64,000 bases of DNA from NCBI GenBank assembly GCA_040770465.1, contig JAXGJB010000001.1, positions 64,001 to 128,000 on the forward strand. The letters run 5' to 3'. Below the pieces are notes generated by a model. The model saw nothing but the letters and a program-made list of their open reading frames with translations. It had not been told where the DNA came from and made no database searches. The stretch is from Methanothrix sp. Lineage in GTDB: Archaea; Halobacteriota; Methanosarcinia; Methanotrichales; Methanotrichaceae. The position numbers and the translations under genes were made by a program. Positions 58,692 through 64,000 of the stretch are shown piece by piece. Numbering within the stretch: the first letter of the stretch is position 1; every line of letters begins with the position of its first letter.

Positions 58692-58746
58692 CTCATCACA
58701 GAACCCGTTTTAAACGTATATATAAAATAAATTGAATTATAAAAGA

Positions 58747-59448
58747 TCATACTCCGCCAAACCCCTCAGATGTGGGGTTCTCGGAGAACCGCAGAGTCTT
58801 CTCGACCTCGAAGACTCCGGAGAAGGTCTGGTGCTCCAACATGTCCTTATAGAAGATCTTGTGCCACCTGGAGTCGGTCTGCCACGTTCCGTTGAAGCTT
58901 GTGGCAAGGTCCATTCCCACCATGTGGGCGGGGCTTTTTTCCCTCAGGGCCGCGGCCTCGGCGGGGTCTGAGGACCGTGATCCTGGGTCGGTGGAGGCGA
59001 AGTAGGTCTTCTGGATCCTCTCCATCTCAGTCACCTCAAAATACTCCTTTACTTCGGCGCCGATGCCGCCCCAGAAGGCTTTGGAGTTGATGTACTTGCT
59101 CCCCACCATGGGGGTCTCCCCCTCGTAGCTCATCTTGACCTCGTCAAGGAGGTTGAGGGGGACTTTGGAGCCGTTCAGATCGCCCTGGACGTTTGCGGCG
59201 CTGGTCGAGACGGCGCTCTTCTGGTCCATCTCCAGGTGGCCGTCTCCGTAGACGAAGCTGTAGTACTCAAGCCCAATCCTCTTGTCCACCACCGAGGAGC
59301 CCACCTCGAAGTAGCCGGTTCCAGACGCCCTGACCCTGTTGTAATAATCCTCGCTCTGGGCAGTCTCGGAGATCGCCGGGTTTCCGGCAGCCACGCTCAT
59401 CGCCAGAACGGCGATGAGGAGGATCGCGCTAAAAGTCGCCCCCTTCGT
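58747..59448 (-). CDS. Secreted hypothetical protein
   Basis: The frame continues upstream of ATG 59400 as xKGATFSAILLIAVLA (signal peptide); start placed tentatively at ACG 59448. Confidence 0.7.
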   Translation of the reverse strand, partial: TKGATFSAILLIAVLAMSVAAGNPAISETAQSEDYYNRVRASGTGYFEVGSSVVDKRIGLEYYSFVYGDGHLEMDQKSAVSTSAANVQGDLNGSKVPLNLLDEVKMSYEGETPMVGSKYINSKAFWGGIGAEVKEYFEVTEMERIQKTYFASTDPGSRSSDPAEAAALREKSPAHMVGMDLATSFNGTWQTDSRWHKIFYKDMLEHQTFSGVFEVEKTLRFSENPTSEGFGGV

Positions 59449-59609
59449 CCCTCTCGCCCCACAGTCGTTGCTCGGACCTATTATTCGGCATCTTAATTAA
59501 AAAATGTGTCGTTTGGAGGCGCCGTCGTCAGGTCGGCTTAAATCCCTCAAGATCCTACAGGCCAGATGAAGAATAGACCAAGAGAAGAAAGAGAAGACGA
59601 GGCGAGATC

Positions 59610-60659
59610 GTGAAGATTGAGGTGTGGACCTGGGGGACGGGTGGACCCTTCGGAAGAGAGCTTGGCATCTCTCCCAACCGGAGACGGCGAGGCCATACGG
59701 CGACGTCGATCATCTTCTCAGATGAGGGTGAAGGCGGCGGGATCGGGGCCCACGTCCTCGTCGACGCCGGTGCCCCTTTCGTCGAGACGATGATCGAGAG
59801 GGGGGTGGGGTCCCCAGACCTCCTCTTTCTGACCCACCCCCACTTCGACCACGTCTCAGACCTGGATAGGCTCGCAAACAGCAGGATGAGGGGGCTCATG
59901 GTCGAGAGGGGGAAGAGAGACTTCGAGGGGGCGGAGAGGAGCTTCGGGCCGCTCCCGGTGATCGGGACCTATGGGTGTCTGAACCACCCCGAGGACGGGG
60001 TGAAGGCGAGGTTCGGCTACCTTGGAAGGCTCGTCTCCTACAAGCCGATATCGACCTTTGGCGTATGGCACCGGGTCCGGAGGAAGGACGGCTCCATCTT
60101 CCCGATCGAGCCTTTGAATTTTGAAGGTCGCCGGATCGACCGCTCCATGGATCTCCCGGGTCCCGGGAGCTTCTATCCCCTGGAGTTTGCAGCCCTTCCC
60201 GTCCGCCACTCGAAGCACGCTCCAGGGTCCTGCCTCTTCATATTCAGGTTCAAACCGGGCGGAGTCGGTGGCCCTCCCGGCGAACGGGATGGTGGAGGGA
60301 GAAAAACCAGAAACGTCGTCGTCTCCGGGGACTTCAAGTCGATGGAAGAATGGGTCGAAGAAAGTCCGGATCTCGTGGATCCGGCCTGCATCGTCCTCGA
60401 TTCAAATACCATCAAGGCCTCCGGAAGATATCACGCAAGCTTCGAGGAGAACAAGGCACGGATCGACCGGTGGTCCTCCGGAGATGAGGATGTCCTGGTC
60501 CTCATAAACCACCTCTCGGGCTTTGGCGACTACACCGAGGGCTTCTACGACCACGTCCCCGACGACGAGGACTGGAGGGTTGCCATCGACGGTTTCATCC
60601 CGAAGCCGAAGGTGATGATCAGGATCGCCGAGGACGGGGCCTGCTATCGCCTCAGATGA
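59610..60659 (+). CDS. MBL-fold metallo-hydrolase (PhnP/RNase Z-like)
   Basis: GTGG, LVDAG, THPHFDH, VRH, SGD, YHAS, NHLS. Confidence 0.82.
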   Translation: MKIEVWTWGTGGPFGRELGISPNRRRRGHTATSIIFSDEGEGGGIGAHVLVDAGAPFVETMIERGVGSPDLLFLTHPHFDHVSDLDRLANSRMRGLMVERGKRDFEGAERSFGPLPVIGTYGCLNHPEDGVKARFGYLGRLVSYKPISTFGVWHRVRRKDGSIFPIEPLNFEGRRIDRSMDLPGPGSFYPLEFAALPVRHSKHAPGSCLFIFRFKPGGVGGPPGERDGGGRKTRNVVVSGDFKSMEEWVEESPDLVDPACIVLDSNTIKASGRYHASFEENKARIDRWSSGDEDVLVLINHLSGFGDYTEGFYDHVPDDEDWRVAIDGFIPKPKVMIRIAEDGACYRLR

Positions 60660-60759
60660 TGTGGGGGCGGGGCTCGGCCGAGAGATCCCAAAGCCTTTAA
60701 GAGTGAAGCCGACTTCAGATGATCGAGATGATGACCGGCTTATGATGGAGTTAGTGATC

Positions 60760-61800
60760 ATGAGAACGAAATTATTTCTGGTTTTGGCGGCGGCCCTCAT
60801 TCTGGCCCCGGTTTACTCCGCGGCCGAGGAGACCGTGGGCCTGGGACCCTACCTGGTCTCCTTCAACCTGACGGCTTCGAAAAACTGCACCATCCTGGCA
60901 GCGGAGCCCGTCGAGGGGAGAACGCCGACGGGAACCGATTACGTCGAACGCTCCATCACCCTGGACTGCGACGACGGTCGGGCCGAGATCAGGATCGCAA
61001 AATACGTCAGCCCCGTCTCGGCGGGCGACGGCGCCACCCGGGCTTTGAGCAAAAAGACGCCCTGGGGTATCGGGTGCATCGGCGTCGAGACCGAGGCCCG
61101 GCTCGTGGACCGGCACACCGGATATCTGACGACCTTCTCGCTCGCCGCAGGTGGAGAGGTCTATAAGGCCGCATACTGGCTGGACAGGTACCTGGCGCCC
61201 GGGGACTATCAGGGAGAGACGTCCTGCGTCATATCCTCCAGCCTCCCCTGGGTGGCGACAAAAGAGCTGCTCGATACCCTCCACGTCGAGAGAAGGCCGG
61301 AGGCGGCCCTGAACGGATCGACGGCTGAGACGGTGATCGCCGGCCCCTACGCCGTCTCCTTCGACCTGGGGGATCTGAACTACACCATCTCCCTGGAGGC
61401 TCCCGAGCCCGGCGAGGCCGGTCTGGGGGTTGAGACTCAGAGGATAACCCTCGACGAGGGAAACAGGGCGGCCACCATCAAGATCACCGGCTACGAAGAC
61501 TTCAGGCCCGTAAACCTCGAAGCTGAGAGGCTCCTCGCCGAAGCCCTCCTGGCGGCGGGGGGGTACACAAGGAACAACGCAACGGATTGGACGATCGGCG
61601 GCGAAGCGGGGGTCCTGGGGGTCGGGGAGGACGACGACCACCAGATCCTCTATGCTGCGATCTATTGGCCCGACCAGGTCCAGACGGAGGATGGACAGGT
61701 CATCGGAACGGCCAGGTGCGAGGTGGAGTCGAGCTTCTTTTGGGACACGACGGAGAGGCTCCTCAACACCATCAGCGTTGAGAGGATCGAGGTGACCTGA
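60760..61800 (+). CDS. Secreted protein with two internally repeated domains
   Basis: Signal peptide; GPYxVSF...AxYWxD...C.I/V.SS..W.xTxxLLxT occurs twice. Confidence 0.78.
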   Translation: MRTKLFLVLAAALILAPVYSAAEETVGLGPYLVSFNLTASKNCTILAAEPVEGRTPTGTDYVERSITLDCDDGRAEIRIAKYVSPVSAGDGATRALSKKTPWGIGCIGVETEARLVDRHTGYLTTFSLAAGGEVYKAAYWLDRYLAPGDYQGETSCVISSSLPWVATKELLDTLHVERRPEAALNGSTAETVIAGPYAVSFDLGDLNYTISLEAPEPGEAGLGVETQRITLDEGNRAATIKITGYEDFRPVNLEAERLLAEALLAAGGYTRNNATDWTIGGEAGVLGVGEDDDHQILYAAIYWPDQVQTEDGQVIGTARCEVESSFFWDTTERLLNTISVERIEVT

Positions 61801-61826
61801 CCCGGTTGCGGGGTCGGAGGGCCATT

Positions 61827-63896
61827 ATGAGCCGGCTTTTGGCGGGGGTTATCCTCCTGCCCCTCTTTTTTACGATGGCGGCAGCTGGAGCCGGGGCCGG
61901 AGAGGCCGGGAGCGATAGCCCGGCCGTCGTCATCTCCAGGGTGGAGATCAACCCCCCAGGGTCTGACGGGGGCCGTGAGTGGGCGGAGATCTTCAACCCC
62001 GGGGGGGCTGACGCCCCGATCGGCGGCTGGAGGCTTGTTGCAAAGGAGAGCGGTGCTGCCGCGACCCTTTCGGCAGACGCCGTCGTGCCCGCCCAGGGAA
62101 GCCTCAGGGCGAGTTTCGGCGAGGACGGCCTGAGCCTCGCCGACTCTGAGGAGTCGATCCGTCTTTTCGACGAATCGGGGACGGTCGTCGACGAGACCCC
62201 ACCAATAAACGATTCGGAAAACGGCAACAATGTCTGGACCAGAATCTCGTTTGACGACGAAATTCTCCAGGACTGGAGGTTTGAGAGCCTCTACCGGAGA
62301 ATCGACGAACTCGCCGACTCCGCCCCGGCCGAGGCTGAGTCGTCCCCCGAAGATCTGGCCCTCTACCTATCGGGATCGGCCGAAAGCGACGAAGAGCGGG
62401 CACGGGCGATCTATCGCTGGATCACAGCCAACGTCGAGTACGACGTCGGGGCCTCCGTCTCGGCGGCCTATGGGGGCCGGCCCCCAGAAGAGGTTTTGGA
62501 CGGGAGGAAGGGGGTGTGCAGCGATTACAGCCGCCTCTTCGAGAGGCTCTGCGAGCTATCGGGGCTGGAGGCGGTGGTGATCCGGGGGTTTGGCAAAGGG
62601 TACGGGTACACCGTCGGCTCGCAGATCCCAAACTCCAGCAACCACGCCTGGAACGCCGTCAGGATCAATGGCGAGTGGCGGCTCATCGACTCCACCTGGG
62701 GGGCGGGCCACCTGGACCCGGCTGTGGGTTTTTTCCGGGAGTTCGAGGAGTTTTACTTCCTCACCCCGCCCGAGGACCTGGTCTGGACCCACCTTCCCGA
62801 CGATCCCGCCTGGCAGCTTCTGGACGAGCCGATGACGAGGGTGGAGTTCGAGGGGCTCGTTTACGCAAAGCCCGCCTTCTTCAGGGACGATTTGAAGATA
62901 GCCGGATCCCCGGCTGGAACCATCGAAGCCGACGGCGGGGCGACCGTCAACCTCTCGGCCCCCCGGGATGTGAGGGTCATGGCAAACCTCCTGGATGGGG
63001 ATGGAAGAGAGCTTCCCAGCCGGTTCGCCCAGGTCCGGCGGTCCCCAGAGGGAGTGGGCGAGGGCGAGGGTGCGTCGGTGAGGACGGCCTGCCCCGGCCC
63101 CGGAAATTACACTCTGCGGATCTACTCGAATAGGTTCGGGGGCGAGGATCAGGAAGGGGATCGAGAAGGGGGCAAGGAGGCCGACCAGAAGGTCTACGAC
63201 TGGGCCCTGGACTATCGGATCGAAGCGGGGCCGGACTCTCCGGTTCAGACCGGCTTTCCCGTGATCTGGGATGCGTTCTGGGATCTGGGGCTCGACTTCA
63301 AGAGCCATCCTGAGGGGTTGATCGAGACGGGAGCCGAGCTGAAGGTGACCCTCTCGGCCCCCGAAGACGTCCTCCTCCTGGCTAGGCTCCTCAACGATGG
63401 AGGAAAGGAACTCGCTGAGGAGAGGACCTTCGCCCAGAGGGAGGAGGACGGGTACGCCGTCATGGCGTCGTTCCCCGAGGCCGGAGACTACACCCTCAGG
63501 ATCTATGCCAGACGAGGAGGAGACGGGGGGGACGGAGGCGGGAGCGGAGGCGGAGCCGGCGAGTACACCTCTGTCGTCGAGTACTCGGTGGTGGCAGACG
63601 ACGGGATCGAAGAGAGAACTTTCCCGCGAACGATGGGGTCGTTCGCCGAGGTTGGGGCGACCCTCATCAGCCCACTCGAGGGAAGGCTCGTTGCAGGGAA
63701 CGCCACCGAATTTGAGATCATCGTCCCCGGAGCCGAGGATGCGACGGTTATCTCCGATGGGACATGGACCCCTCTGACCAGGGACGGCGAGACCTTCCGG
63801 GGGGAAGCGGTGCTATCCGAAGGAGTGGCCCGGATAGCGGCTAAGTCTCCGGGCGAGAACTCTTACGGCATCCTCCTGGAATACGAAGTCATTTGA
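61827..63896 (+). CDS. Secreted lamin-tail + transglutaminase-like (KY/hillarin type) + Ig-like repeat protein
   Basis: Signal peptide; VVISRVEINPPG..EWAEIFN (LTD); GVC..Y, HAWNAV, IDSTWG triad; YFLTPP; two P..GxYTLRIY repeats. Confidence 0.85.
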   Translation: MSRLLAGVILLPLFFTMAAAGAGAGEAGSDSPAVVISRVEINPPGSDGGREWAEIFNPGGADAPIGGWRLVAKESGAAATLSADAVVPAQGSLRASFGEDGLSLADSEESIRLFDESGTVVDETPPINDSENGNNVWTRISFDDEILQDWRFESLYRRIDELADSAPAEAESSPEDLALYLSGSAESDEERARAIYRWITANVEYDVGASVSAAYGGRPPEEVLDGRKGVCSDYSRLFERLCELSGLEAVVIRGFGKGYGYTVGSQIPNSSNHAWNAVRINGEWRLIDSTWGAGHLDPAVGFFREFEEFYFLTPPEDLVWTHLPDDPAWQLLDEPMTRVEFEGLVYAKPAFFRDDLKIAGSPAGTIEADGGATVNLSAPRDVRVMANLLDGDGRELPSRFAQVRRSPEGVGEGEGASVRTACPGPGNYTLRIYSNRFGGEDQEGDREGGKEADQKVYDWALDYRIEAGPDSPVQTGFPVIWDAFWDLGLDFKSHPEGLIETGAELKVTLSAPEDVLLLARLLNDGGKELAEERTFAQREEDGYAVMASFPEAGDYTLRIYARRGGDGGDGGGSGGGAGEYTSVVEYSVVADDGIEERTFPRTMGSFAEVGATLISPLEGRLVAGNATEFEIIVPGAEDATVISDGTWTPLTRDGETFRGEAVLSEGVARIAAKSPGENSYGILLEYEVI

Positions 63897-63922
63897 ATGA
63901 AGATCCAGATGTGAATTAAGTC

Positions 63923-64000
63923 ATGAAAGTCACCATAATCTACGACAACACCTCACTTCGGGAGGATCTCAGAGCCGACTGGGGATTCTCCGCCCTCGTC
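63923..64000 (+). CDS. N-terminus of an MBL-fold metallo-hydrolase (COG1237-like), truncated by the window edge
   Basis: MKVTIIYDNTSLREDLRADWGFSALV. Confidence 0.75.
   Translation, partial: MKVTIIYDNTSLREDLRADWGFSALV

Noticed and set aside
1-64000. tRNA, rRNA, SRP or RNase P genes; transposases or integrases
   Set aside because: No signatures recognised by eye; tRNAscan-SE and Infernal would be needed to exclude them formally.

Overview
This is a high-GC archaeal chromosome segment from a methanogen. Gene content (methanogenesis marker 11, mptA, aksA, archaeal ribosomal clusters, N-x-S/T-rich secreted proteins) fits Methanotrichaceae (Methanothrix/Methanocrinis harundinacea-like); the taxon is an inference. 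Most of the window is housekeeping: rps24e/27ae, mcm, nmd3, dnaG, pth2, truD, hisHF, aIF5B-ndk-rpl24e-rps28e-rpl7ae, purF-rpl37e-Lsm, mptA, ribH, ilvE. A ~14.5 kb nitrogen/redox cluster lies mainly on the minus strand: glnA, two PII genes, amtB and a three-gene archaeal glutamate synthase, followed directly by two Cys-type formate dehydrogenase alpha subunits with two Fe-S proteins. The glnA, gltB1 and (more weakly) amtB promoters share a TTCA-N9-TGAA palindrome that I could not match to a known operator. Accessory elements are a mosaic TIR/NB-ARC/TPR (NLR-like) gene, a low-GC Cfr9I/XcyI-like restriction-modification island, a small low-GC islet next to a DUF998 remnant, a TrkH with two large extracellular insertions, and a secreted lamin-tail/KY-type transglutaminase. 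Three genes appear to lack a canonical start codon (CTG or indel, ATA, ACG). A 21-bp polypurine VNTR and several in-frame micro-duplications are also present. I recognised no tRNA, rRNA, CRISPR array or transposase. All family assignments come from motif recognition by eye, not database searches.
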